Below are positions 9,298-18,584 of a DNA stretch of 64,000 nt, piece after piece. A model generated the notes under the pieces. The model was not told where the DNA came from. It was given only the letters and a program-made list of their open reading frames with translations, and made no database searches. Origin of the DNA: Patescibacteria group bacterium (lineage in GTDB: Bacteria; Patescibacteriota; Patescibacteriia; JACRDY01); contig JBAZBH010000001.1 in the NCBI GenBank assembly GCA_041671565.1, positions 7,552 through 71,551 of the forward strand, written 5' to 3'. How positions within the stretch are numbered: position 1 is the stretch's first letter; every line of letters starts with the position of its first letter. The position numbers and the translations under genes were made by a program.

Positions 9298-9903
9298 ATG
9301 GAAACTGATAAAATAATAAAGGAAGTTTTTGAACGGCAAAACGAAATATTTTCTAATCTGAATTTTGAAAATATTGCTGTTTATCTGTTTTTAAAAGACG
9401 AATACACAAAACAGAATATTCTGAATAATTTTGTATTTCAATTTGTTTTTAGATCATTTTATAGGATGGACAGCGCTGGGTTGTCCGATGAAATAAAAAG
9501 TTGTTATTTTAAATTATTGGCAAATAAACAAACAAAATTAGAAATAATTTTATCGGAACTGTATAAAATTCCTACATTAAAAAATAAAAAAACGATACAA
9601 TTCAGTTTTAGCACAAAATTACTTCACACAATTGATAATAATTTACCTATTTTTGATTCGGAGGTTGGAAAAATATTTAATTTAAAAGTAAGCGGTAAAA
9701 ATGAGGATGAAAAAATTGCTTCGTGCATTAAAATATATGACACTTTAAAAGTTTACTACTTGGAATTAAATAATGCGGAAGAAATAAAAGAAGTTATTTC
9801 AAAATTCAGACAAAGATTTGATGTTGATATTAATAAAATTTCGAATACAAAAATATTAGATTTTATTTTTTGGTCACTAGGAAAATTAGAATTTAAACAA
9901 TAA
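9298..9903 (+). CDS. Hypothetical protein (AT-rich insert)
   Basis: 201 aa ORF coupled to neighbours; SFSTKLLH...PIFDS...LDFIFW motif recalls an uncharacterised HhH-like family. Confidence 0.7.
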   Translation: METDKIIKEVFERQNEIFSNLNFENIAVYLFLKDEYTKQNILNNFVFQFVFRSFYRMDSAGLSDEIKSCYFKLLANKQTKLEIILSELYKIPTLKNKKTIQFSFSTKLLHTIDNNLPIFDSEVGKIFNLKVSGKNEDEKIASCIKIYDTLKVYYLELNNAEEIKEVISKFRQRFDVDINKISNTKILDFIFWSLGKLEFKQ

Positions 9904-9905
9904 TT

Positions 9906-11390
9906 ATGAAATTAAAATCTCAAAATGTCCGCGTCCGTTTTGCCCCGAGCCCGACTGGCTTTGTCCATGTCGGAAGTTTACTGGCCGCGCTTTATAATTG
10001 GCTGGAGGCGAAGAAAAATGGCGGGGTTTTTATTTTGCGGGTGGAGGATACGGATCAGGCGCGGCTAGTGGAGGGGAGTGTGGAGAATTTACTGAAAGTC
10101 CTGCGCTGGGCCGGACTGGACCCGGACGAGGGCGTTAGCTTCGATAAAGCAGGGAAAGTGACGGAAAAGGGCGAATTTGGGCCTTATACACAGTCAAAAC
10201 GGCTGGATATCTACCGGCAGTACGCGAAGGAGCTAATTGATAAGGACGAAGCGTATTATTGCTTTTGCACTAAAGACCGGCTAGACACTCTCCGCGCCGA
10301 GCAGGAAAAAAATAAACAACTGACTAAATACGACGGCCTCTGCCGGCATTTAACCGAAGATGAAGTCGCGGAGAAATTAAAAAATCAGGAAAGCTTTGTT
10401 ATCCGCCAAAAAGTGCCAACCGGACAGGAAGTAGTACTCCACGACTTGATCCGCGGCGAAGTAAAGTTTCCGACTGACTCGCTGGACGACTCGGTCCTGA
10501 TGAAATCCGACGGCTTTCCGACTTACCATCTCGCCGTGGTGGTGGACGACCATCTGATGCAAATCACGCATGTTATCCGCGCGCAGGAATGGTTGCCGAG
10601 CTCGCCGAAGCACTTACTGTTATACAAATCTTTTGGCTGGACGGCGCCGCAGTTCGCGCATCTGTCGCATTTATTAAACAAAGACCGCAGTAAACTTTCC
10701 AAACGCCAGGGCGATGTGGCGGTGGAAGATTATATTAAATCCGGCTATTTACCGGAAGCGATGCTGAATTTCCTTGCCATCACCGGTTGGAACCCCGGGG
10801 AGGGGACTGAGCAAGAAATTTACTCGTTAAAAGAGTTGGCCAAAAAATTCAGTCTGGACCGAGTCCACAAAACCGGCGCGGTGTTTGACCGGGAAAAATT
10901 GGATTGGATAAATGGGTTGTATATTCGGAACTTAGATATTAAAGAATTGACGAAGTTGTGTCTGCCGTATCTCGGTGAATCGGTAATCGGTAATCAGAAA
11001 TCGGAATATGTAGAAAAGGTTATCGCTTTAGAACGGGAACGGATGAAGAAGCTGTCGGACATTAGCGAAAGCACCGGTTTCTTTTTTAGCGAGCCGGAGT
11101 ATCCGGCCGCGATGCTGGTCTGGAAAAAATCTGATCAAGAGAAAACCAAGGCGACACTGATCAAACTCGCCGGGTTTCTTGGTGGCGTTAAAAAATGGAA
11201 TAAAACTGATTTGGAAACTGCAGCGATCGCCTGGATCAGCGAGCAAGGCCTGACCAACGGCGAGACTCTCTGGCCGATGCGGGTCGCCCTGACCGGTAAA
11301 GACAAAAGCCCGGGTCCGTTTGAAGTGGCTGATGTCCTCGGCGCGGAAAAAACTTTGGCGCGACTCAACGCCGCCATCGCCAAATTGTAG
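9906..11390 (+). CDS. gltX: Glutamate-tRNA ligase
   Basis: RFAPSPTGFVHVG, KLSKR, class I aaRS layout. Confidence 0.98.
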   Translation: MKLKSQNVRVRFAPSPTGFVHVGSLLAALYNWLEAKKNGGVFILRVEDTDQARLVEGSVENLLKVLRWAGLDPDEGVSFDKAGKVTEKGEFGPYTQSKRLDIYRQYAKELIDKDEAYYCFCTKDRLDTLRAEQEKNKQLTKYDGLCRHLTEDEVAEKLKNQESFVIRQKVPTGQEVVLHDLIRGEVKFPTDSLDDSVLMKSDGFPTYHLAVVVDDHLMQITHVIRAQEWLPSSPKHLLLYKSFGWTAPQFAHLSHLLNKDRSKLSKRQGDVAVEDYIKSGYLPEAMLNFLAITGWNPGEGTEQEIYSLKELAKKFSLDRVHKTGAVFDREKLDWINGLYIRNLDIKELTKLCLPYLGESVIGNQKSEYVEKVIALERERMKKLSDISESTGFFFSEPEYPAAMLVWKKSDQEKTKATLIKLAGFLGGVKKWNKTDLETAAIAWISEQGLTNGETLWPMRVALTGKDKSPGPFEVADVLGAEKTLARLNAAIAKL

Positions 11391-11412
11391 CCTTTTTGCT
11401 ATAATTAGCTTA

Positions 11413-12654
11413 ATGAAAACAAAAACTAAAATTATTGGCTTATTTACTTTAACCATTGCCGTTTTGGCTGTGGTTTTATTTAATTTTAGCGTAGTTAAGG
11501 CCGAGACCCTGACTATTTCGGCGGTTAACAACCAGCAAGTCCAAGACCTGGAAGCCGAACGCGAGCTGAAGAAACTAGAGATTGAAAAAATCCAGAAAAA
11601 ACTGGAAGTCTACGAAAAAAGCCTGGCGGACAAACGGCAAGAAAAAATTACCCTGCAAAACGAACTGGAGATTCTCTCGGAACAAATCCAGCAGACCGAG
11701 CTGAAAAGCAAAAAACTTAACCTGCAAATTGACGAAACTAACCTGGAAATCCAGGCCGTCCTCCTCCGCATCATTGACCAGGAGACGGAAATCGCCAAAC
11801 AAAAACAGCAGCTCGGGGAAATGATCCGCCAGATTGACTTTAACGATCAAAAAAATTATCTGGAGATCCTGACCGCCAGTGGCACTTTTTCTGATTTTTT
11901 TGATGAAGTGGTCCAACTCTCAACGGTCCAAAGCAGCCTCCAGCGGTCGCTGACTGAAGTTAAAGCGCTCCGCGACGATCTGACTGCCCAGCGCGCCGAA
12001 CTGGAGAAAAAAAGCGCCGACTTGAACACCCTCAAAGACGAACTAACCACCAATCTTTCTAAACTGGACGGCCAGGAATCAGCCAAAACTTATTACCTCA
12101 CTACCGCAAAAAAATCAGAAAAAAAATTCCAAAGCCTGATTGATGAAGCCAAAAAAGAACAACAACAAATTAACAGCGACATTGTCGCCTTGGAAAAAAG
12201 CATCCGGCAAAAACTGGCGGGGGAGGGGGAAGTCGTTAACAGCACCGGGCGGCTGATCTGGCCGACGCCCAAAAACACCATTACCGCGTTTTTTCATGAC
12301 CCGGACTATCCTTTCCGCAATATCTTCGAACATCCGGCGATTGACTACCGTACCCCTCAAGGCACACCGGTCAAAGCGGCCGACAGCGGCTATGTGGCGC
12401 AAGTCAAAAACGGCGGCGCCCGCGGCTACAGTTATATCATGATTATCCACAGTAACGGCCTAGCAACGGTCTACGGCCATGTCAGCAAAATATATGTCAA
12501 AGCCGATACCCCGGTCAAGCAAGGCGATATTATCGGCCTTTCCGGCGGTATGCCCGGCACCTCGGGCGCGGGGAATCTGACCAGCGGGCCGCACATGCAT
12601 TTTGAGGTGCGGCTTAACGGCATACCAGTGAACCCATTAGACTACCTGCCTTAG
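11413..12654 (+). CDS. EnvC-like coiled-coil M23 peptidase
   Basis: Signal peptide from ATG 11413, long coiled coil, HPAID, YGH, GPHMHFEVR. Confidence 0.92.
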   Translation: MKTKTKIIGLFTLTIAVLAVVLFNFSVVKAETLTISAVNNQQVQDLEAERELKKLEIEKIQKKLEVYEKSLADKRQEKITLQNELEILSEQIQQTELKSKKLNLQIDETNLEIQAVLLRIIDQETEIAKQKQQLGEMIRQIDFNDQKNYLEILTASGTFSDFFDEVVQLSTVQSSLQRSLTEVKALRDDLTAQRAELEKKSADLNTLKDELTTNLSKLDGQESAKTYYLTTAKKSEKKFQSLIDEAKKEQQQINSDIVALEKSIRQKLAGEGEVVNSTGRLIWPTPKNTITAFFHDPDYPFRNIFEHPAIDYRTPQGTPVKAADSGYVAQVKNGGARGYSYIMIIHSNGLATVYGHVSKIYVKADTPVKQGDIIGLSGGMPGTSGAGNLTSGPHMHFEVRLNGIPVNPLDYLP

Positions 12655-12689
12655 AATAGATTAAAATTTATCTTTTAATCCCCAGCTCT

Positions 12690-12851
12690 AAATCATAAAT
12701 CCAAAATTATAAATAACAAATAAATTATAAATTCAGAAATCTTAAGCAATAAACGGTTCGGGTTAGGAGTTTACCTGCCTGCGCAGGCAGGGGATTTATT
12801 GATTTAATGCTTATGATTTATTTGTTATTTATAATTTTGGATTTATGATTT
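12690..12851. repeat. AT-rich fold-back element with internal GC palindrome
   Basis: 41 bp arms (12690-12730 / 12811-12851) with one mismatch; CCTGCCTGCGCAGGCAGG at 12774-12791. Confidence 0.9.
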
Positions 12852-12901
12852 CTTTAAAGAGTTAGATTTTACCATCAGCTAAAAAACCGCTCGATCGGAT
12901 T

Positions 12902-12930
12902 AAAACTCCTACTTTAGCAGTAGGAGTTTT
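12902..12930 (+). terminator. Intrinsic terminator-like hairpin
   Basis: AAAACTCCTACT-TTAGC-AGTAGGAGTTTT. Confidence 0.7.
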
Positions 12931-12995
12931 GTGTTTAAATTTAAAGCTTTTTGTGGTTTTTCAGCTTAGATATCCACAGAATAATTAGGTGGCAG

Positions 12996-13043
12996 ACACA
13001 AGATATTGTATACTAGAAAAATCTTAACCACTAAATATAGACT
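12996..13043 (+). promoter_or_regulatory. Tandem NrdR boxes
   Basis: ACACAAGATATTGTAT (12996-13011) and CCACTAAATATAGACT (13028-13043), 32 bp apart, match acaCwAtATaTwGtgt upstream of nrdA. Confidence 0.8.
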
Positions 13044-13101
13044 TTAACCAGCCCGCCGCGGGCTATATTTTTTCTCTCTAAAAATTAAAACAAAAAAACC
13101 T

Positions 13102-15885
13102 ATGGCTCTCTCCAAAATTAAAAAACGCAGCGGCCAACTAGCTGATTTTGACCGGCATAAAATTGAACGGGCAATCACTCTAGCTAGCCAAGCCGTCGCC
13201 GCGGGCTTAACCCCCGAAATTGTCAGCGCTTTAGCCGACGCGATAACAGCTGAGTTGGAACAGCGGCATAACGAGCATTCTTTCCCGGAAGTGGAAGAAA
13301 CTCAAGACCTGGTAGAAAAAACTCTGATGGCCGCCGGACATTTTAGCGTAGCCAAAGCCTATATTTTATATCGAAAATCCAGAGAAAAAGACCGCCAAGC
13401 GGCCCAAGCGGCGATTAACCAAAAAATTAAAGGCCGGTCGCTAATAATTATCAAACGGTCAGGCGCGGCGCAACCATTTGACCCGGCTAAACTCCAAAAA
13501 ACGCTAAAATTTATTTTGCCGCCAACCGTTAATGAAACGGCGATTAACCGCATTATTGAGCTGGCGGAAAACAACCTGCAGGAACAAGCTACCACCGAAG
13601 AAATCTCTGAAGCCCTAATTCTCGCCGTGCGCTCGCTGATTGAACTGGAGCCGGAGATTTATTCCCGCGCCGCCGCTCAATTGCTTTTTAGCCGAATTTA
13701 TAAGTCAGCGCTGGGCGCCGATAAAATTGATTTTACGCGGCTGGCGGAACAACACCGTGAAGCGTTTGCCGTTTATCTCCGCCAAGCCGTCGCCGCTGAG
13801 CGGCTGGATCCACGCCTCTTAGATTTTGATCTAACTAAACTGACCGCCGCCTTGCGGCTGGAACGGGATGATTTATTTCAATATCTGGGCGCCGCCACTT
13901 TAGCCAATCGTTATCTCATCAGAGATGTCGTGACCAAAAAAATCTGGGAAACGCCGCAATTTTTCTGGTTGCGCGTCGCCATGGGCGTGGCGCTGGCGGA
14001 GACCGCTGACCAACGGACGGACAAAGCCATTGAATTTTATAATATTATCTCCACCCTGCACTTTCTGCCGTCTTCACCCACACTCTTCCATGCCGGCACC
14101 CTTTTGCCGCAATGCAGTTCGTGTTACCTGACCTTTATTGATGACTCACTCGACCATATTTTCAAAGCCATTGGCGACAATGCCCAGCTGTCCAAATGGG
14201 CCGGCGGCGTGGCTAATGATTGGAGTAGTTTGCGCGGTGTCGGCGCTTTGATCAAAGGCACCGGTGTCGCCAGCCAGGGCGTCGTGCCCTTCTTGAAAAT
14301 CGCCAACGATACCACCGTGGCCATTAACCGCAGCGGCCGGCGGCGGGGCGCCACTTGCGCTTACATGGAAACTTGGCATTATGATATTGAAGATTTTTTG
14401 GAACTAAAGAAAAACACCGGCGACGAACGGCGCCGGACGCATGACATGAACACCGCCAACTGGGTGCCGGATTTGTTTATGAAACGGGTGCGCGACAACG
14501 GCCCTTGGACGCTTTTTTCCCCTGAAGAAACGCCGGAACTGCATGAAACTTATGGCGCCAAGTTTGACGCGCTATATCAAAATTATGAAAAAAAAGCGGC
14601 CGCTGGCGAACTCCGTCTCCATAAAACTCTCCGCGCGCGCGACCTTTGGAAAAAAATGGTCACCATGCTTTTTGAAACCGGCCACCCTTGGATTACCTTT
14701 AAAGACCCCTGCAATGTTCGTTCGCCGCAGGACCATGTCGGCATAGTCCATTCTTCCAACCTCTGCACCGAGATTACTCTTAACACTTCGCGCCAGGAAA
14801 CCGCGGTTTGCAATCTGGGCTCGATTAACCTGCCCGAACACTTAACCGCCACCGGCCAGCTGGATTTACCCCGACTGGAAGCAACGGTCAAAATTGCCAT
14901 GCGGATGCTGGATAATGTGATTGACATTAATTTCTATCCCACGCCGGAAGGCCAAACGGCCAATTGGCGCCACCGGCCGGTGGGCCTCGGCTTGATGGGT
15001 TTTCAGGACGCGCTTTACCGCCAAAATATCAATTTTAATTCCGCCGCTTGCCTGGATTTTGCCGATCAAAGCGGCGAGGCTTTGGCTTATTATGCCTTAC
15101 TCGCTTCCACCGAGCTGGCACGGGAAAGGGGAGCTTATGAAACTTTTCCCGGCTCCAAATGGGATCGCGGCATTTTACCTCTAGACACTTTAGATTTGTT
15201 AGAAAAAGAAAGAGGGGAAAAAATTGATCTGCCGCGGACGGGAAAACTGGATTGGCAAATTGTCCGTCAAGCCATTAAAACACACGGCTTGCGCAACTCT
15301 AACTGTCTGGCAATCGCGCCCACCGCCACCATCGCCAATATCGCCGGCGTTTTCCCCAGTATCGAGCCAATCTACAAAAACGCTTATGTTAAATCAAATA
15401 TTGACGGCGAATTTACTATTATCAACCAATATCTGGTGGCCGACCTCAAAAAGCTTGGCCTATGGAACCAAGCCCTGGCTAATGAACTGAAAGGCCGCGA
15501 CGGCAGTATTGCCGAAATTGAGATTATTCCAGTGGCCATCCGGCAAAAATATCAGGAAACTTTTGACATCGCTCCCGAGTGGCTGATTCGGGCCGCGGCT
15601 CGGCGAGGCAAGTGGTTGGACCAAAGCCAGTCGCTTAATTTATTTGTCAGAAATACTTCCGGTAAAGAAATTACCGAGATGTACTTACTGGCTTGGTCAC
15701 TCGGCCTAAAAACCACATATTATCTCCGTAGCTTGGGCGCCTCAGCCGTGGAAAAAAGCACGCTGGGGCTGCACCAGCAAGCCACTCGCCGCGACTCAGT
15801 CGCCAGCCAGCCAAAAGCCGAGCCCGCCGCTCCCGTTGTCTCGTTTTGCAAATTGGATGACCCGACTTGTGAAGCTTGTCAATAA
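13102..15885 (+). CDS. nrdA: Ribonucleoside-diphosphate reductase alpha subunit with two ATP cones
   Basis: Two IKKRSG/IIKRSG ATP-cone starts, SSCYL, SNLCTEI, AIAPTATI, KTTYY, C-terminal CEACQ. Confidence 0.98.
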   Translation: MALSKIKKRSGQLADFDRHKIERAITLASQAVAAGLTPEIVSALADAITAELEQRHNEHSFPEVEETQDLVEKTLMAAGHFSVAKAYILYRKSREKDRQAAQAAINQKIKGRSLIIIKRSGAAQPFDPAKLQKTLKFILPPTVNETAINRIIELAENNLQEQATTEEISEALILAVRSLIELEPEIYSRAAAQLLFSRIYKSALGADKIDFTRLAEQHREAFAVYLRQAVAAERLDPRLLDFDLTKLTAALRLERDDLFQYLGAATLANRYLIRDVVTKKIWETPQFFWLRVAMGVALAETADQRTDKAIEFYNIISTLHFLPSSPTLFHAGTLLPQCSSCYLTFIDDSLDHIFKAIGDNAQLSKWAGGVANDWSSLRGVGALIKGTGVASQGVVPFLKIANDTTVAINRSGRRRGATCAYMETWHYDIEDFLELKKNTGDERRRTHDMNTANWVPDLFMKRVRDNGPWTLFSPEETPELHETYGAKFDALYQNYEKKAAAGELRLHKTLRARDLWKKMVTMLFETGHPWITFKDPCNVRSPQDHVGIVHSSNLCTEITLNTSRQETAVCNLGSINLPEHLTATGQLDLPRLEATVKIAMRMLDNVIDINFYPTPEGQTANWRHRPVGLGLMGFQDALYRQNINFNSAACLDFADQSGEALAYYALLASTELARERGAYETFPGSKWDRGILPLDTLDLLEKERGEKIDLPRTGKLDWQIVRQAIKTHGLRNSNCLAIAPTATIANIAGVFPSIEPIYKNAYVKSNIDGEFTIINQYLVADLKKLGLWNQALANELKGRDGSIAEIEIIPVAIRQKYQETFDIAPEWLIRAAARRGKWLDQSQSLNLFVRNTSGKEITEMYLLAWSLGLKTTYYLRSLGASAVEKSTLGLHQQATRRDSVASQPKAEPAAPVVSFCKLDDPTCEACQ

Positions 15886-15899
15886 TTAAATAAAAAAAT

Positions 15900-16907
15900 A
15901 TGAAAAACAAAAGTATTATCAACAACTCGGCCACTGACCCCAATAAAATTTTACCGCTGACATACCCTTGGGCGCGTGAACATTATAAAACTGGCGTCGC
16001 CAACAACTGGGTACCGGAAGAAGTGCCGATGCAGGATGACATTGAGCTCTGGAAAAAGCAGGGCGCCGGCGCCCTGACACCGGACGAACGGCGGATGATT
16101 CTCTGGAATTTGGGCTTTTTTTCCACCGCCGAAAGCCTGACGGCTAACAATATTGTCCTGGCAATTTACCGCCATATCACCAACCCGGAATGCCGGCAAT
16201 ACCTCCTGCGCCAAGCTTATGAAGAAGCGGTGCACACCGAAACTTTTATCTACTGCTGTGATTCGCTCGGCCTCGATCCCGAGGAAATTTACAATATGTA
16301 TCTGACAATTCCCAGCATCAAAGCTAAAGATGATTTGGTAATCGCCACCACCCAATCGGTTTTAGATCCGACTTTTACCACCGACACTGAAGAGAAAATC
16401 CAAAAATTTGTCCATGATTTAATCAGCTATTATGTGATTATGGAAGGCATCTTTTTTTACGCCGGCTTTGCCATGATGCTGTCGCTCTTACGCGGACGGA
16501 AAATGATCGGGGTCGGGGAGCAGTTCCAATACATTCTGCGCGACGAAACCGTCCATTTGGCTTTTGGCACGGATCTAATCAACACCATTATTCAAGAAAA
16601 TCCAAAAATCTGGACCGCCGACTTTCAGCAAAAAATCAGCCGCGATATTCAAGCGGCCGTGGAGCTGGAAGGGCAATACGCGGTTGACGCTTTGCCACGG
16701 GGGATTTTGGGCTTACAGCCGGAAACCGTCAAACAATATCTGCGCCACATCGCAGACCGGCGGCTAGAACGGCTCGGTCTGCCGACGGTTTATGGCGATG
16801 ATAATCCCTTCCCTTGGATGAGTGAAATTATCGATCTGCGTAAAGAAAAAAACTTCTTCGAAACGCGAGTGACCGAATACCAAACCGGCGGGCTCAATTG
16901 GGATTAA
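15900..16907 (+). CDS. nrdB: Ribonucleotide reductase beta subunit, class Ic (Mn/Fe) type
   Basis: FFSTAESL, EEAVHTETF (Phe at the radical-Tyr position), EGIFFY, RDETVH, NFFETRV. Confidence 0.95.
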   Translation: MKNKSIINNSATDPNKILPLTYPWAREHYKTGVANNWVPEEVPMQDDIELWKKQGAGALTPDERRMILWNLGFFSTAESLTANNIVLAIYRHITNPECRQYLLRQAYEEAVHTETFIYCCDSLGLDPEEIYNMYLTIPSIKAKDDLVIATTQSVLDPTFTTDTEEKIQKFVHDLISYYVIMEGIFFYAGFAMMLSLLRGRKMIGVGEQFQYILRDETVHLAFGTDLINTIIQENPKIWTADFQQKISRDIQAAVELEGQYAVDALPRGILGLQPETVKQYLRHIADRRLERLGLPTVYGDDNPFPWMSEIIDLRKEKNFFETRVTEYQTGGLNWD

Positions 16908-16981
16908 TCAATTAATTCATAATTACCAATTTTATGCTTAAACGAAATTTAAGCGGCGGCAACGGTTGTTAGTTGCCAAAG

Positions 16982-17008
16982 AAAAGGGGCAATTTATTTG
17001 CCTCTTTT
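16982..17008 (+). terminator. Terminator-like hairpin after nrdB
   Basis: AAAAGGGGCAA-TTTAT-TTGCCTCTTTT. Confidence 0.6.
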
Positions 17009-17070
17009 CTGTTGTGGACAAGCCTTTTGCCGCCACCGGTCAACTCTTGCTATGATTCAATTAAGAAAAT

Positions 17071-17724
17071 ATGATTAATCCTCTAAAACTCACTTGGCGG
17101 TCCGAGTCGCCAATAATTGTCCTGATTGCCCTTAGCGCCGCGGCCAGCGTTTGGTTTTATCAAAACATGCCGGCAATCGTGCCGATTCACTGGGGCTTGA
17201 GTGGCCAGGCGGACGGCTATGGTAGCCGGGGGTTTGCCGCTTTTTTCTTTCCCGCGCTCATCTTGGGTTTATATCTCTTACTGACCTTCATTCCTAATCT
17301 CGATCCCAAGAAAAATATCTACGCCGAATTCAAAAAAACCTACTGGATTTTACGGCTGACTTTTATTCTATTTTTTATTCTGATTTATTTCACCGCTTCT
17401 TTGGTCGGAGTAGGGTATAACCTGCCGGTGGGCCAAATTGTCTGCGGTGGCATCGGCCTCTTATTCATCATTATCGGCGCCTGCCTGACTAAGATTAAAC
17501 CCAACTGGTTCGTGGGCATCCGCACGCCCTGGACCTTAAGTGACGACATAGTCTGGGAAAAGACCCATCGGCTCGGCGGCAAGCTGTTTATGCTTGCGGG
17601 CCTCGGCTTTATCGCCAGCATCACCTTGCCGGCCGGTTGGAACTTGGGCCTGGGCCTCGGAGTGACATTTTTGGCAATAATTATTACCGTTGTTTATAGC
17701 TACTGGCTTTCGCGCCAGAATTAA
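17071..17724 (+). CDS. SdpI/DUF1648 family membrane protein
   Basis: VPIHWG...ADG, KPNWFVGIRTPWTL...WEKTHR. Confidence 0.9.
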   Translation: MINPLKLTWRSESPIIVLIALSAAASVWFYQNMPAIVPIHWGLSGQADGYGSRGFAAFFFPALILGLYLLLTFIPNLDPKKNIYAEFKKTYWILRLTFILFFILIYFTASLVGVGYNLPVGQIVCGGIGLLFIIIGACLTKIKPNWFVGIRTPWTLSDDIVWEKTHRLGGKLFMLAGLGFIASITLPAGWNLGLGLGVTFLAIIITVVYSYWLSRQN

Positions 17725-17845
17725 CCGGGCAGAAGATAAAATTCACTTGTTGATAAGTGGATATTGCCTATTTTCTGGAGGAATGAGATAATCTTTTTAC
17801 CCCAGTTATTGGGGTATTTTTATCCCTAACAAATAAGCTAAAATT

Positions 17846-18004
17846 ATGTCTTTTTTTCAAGACGATGAGTCTTTAAACAGCGATGACACTGTCGCCGGCG
17901 ACGACAACGCCGATGAAGTGGAAACCTTGGAAGGCGACGAAGATTTCGCCGACGATGACAGTGATGACGAAGATGAGGATGAAGATGAAGCAACCGAAGA
18001 ATAA
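17846..18004 (+). CDS. 52-aa hyper-acidic micro-protein (not in the ORF track)
   Basis: MSFFQDDESLNSDDTVAGDDNADEVETLEGDEDFADDDSDDEDEDEDEATEE; TTGCCT-N17-GATAAT upstream (17764-17792); terminator downstream. Confidence 0.75.
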   Translation: MSFFQDDESLNSDDTVAGDDNADEVETLEGDEDFADDDSDDEDEDEDEATEE

Positions 18005-18015
18005 ACTTCTGCTGC

Positions 18016-18049
18016 AAAAAAACCTTCGGGGAAACTCGGAGGTTTTTTT
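18016..18049 (+). terminator. Intrinsic terminator
   Basis: AAAAAAACCTTCGGG-GAAA-CTCGGAGGTTTTTTT. Confidence 0.8.
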
Positions 18050-18100
18050 ATTTAAAACAAGCGCAGTGATCAAGTCTCTAAACCACCGTAAGTAGCTGGC

Positions 18101-18125
18101 GTAGGGGCAATTCACGAATTGCCCC
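18101..18125 (+). repeat. Single GTAG-led REP-like palindrome
   Basis: GTAGGGGCAATTCACGAATTGCCCC. Confidence 0.75.
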
Positions 18126-18584
18126 AAGCTAATTCAAAAATCTAATCCTTGTTAGATAATACAAATTACCTTAATTTATTACCCTCGTTTTGCCCTCGCC
18201 GGGCAGGCGTTATCCGCCGCGGCGGATAACCAAAGAGTCTTGGGTCATTTTGTCTTGCCTTCCAAGACAAAATGAGCAGACGCGCGGCTACTTGGCAATT
18301 ATTTACTTTTGAATAAAAGACACTGTAGAGGAGTGCTGGTATAAAATCAGTCTAAAAAAATAACCGCGGGGTGATGACCGCGGATTTTGGTTTTGAGGGG
18401 ATGGGGACGGATGATTATTGGATGGGGATTTTTTTGAACTTTGAGCCCTGACGACGGTCTCGCCAACGGCGCCATAAATTGCTGAGGGACGGGGGATAGT
18501 CGCCGCTACATTCAGAGTTGAATAATCCTGTCCAAATGAACGCCCAAGCTTTTTTTAAGCATTGATCAATCCTCCTTGTAAATT

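Noticed and set aside
12970-12978. DnaA-box-like words (ATATCCACA here, TGTGGACAA near 17013, TTATCCACA at 61737) as oriC
   Set aside because: Isolated matches with no cluster and no dnaA/dnaN nearby.
13102-15885. Intein or intron in nrdA explaining its length
   Set aside because: The extra length is accounted for by two ATP cones; no intein splice motifs or frame breaks.
17873-18127. ORF-track calls 17883-18095 (+) and 17873-18127 (-)
   Set aside because: Shadow frames of the acidic micro-ORF 17846-18004; both run through its terminator.
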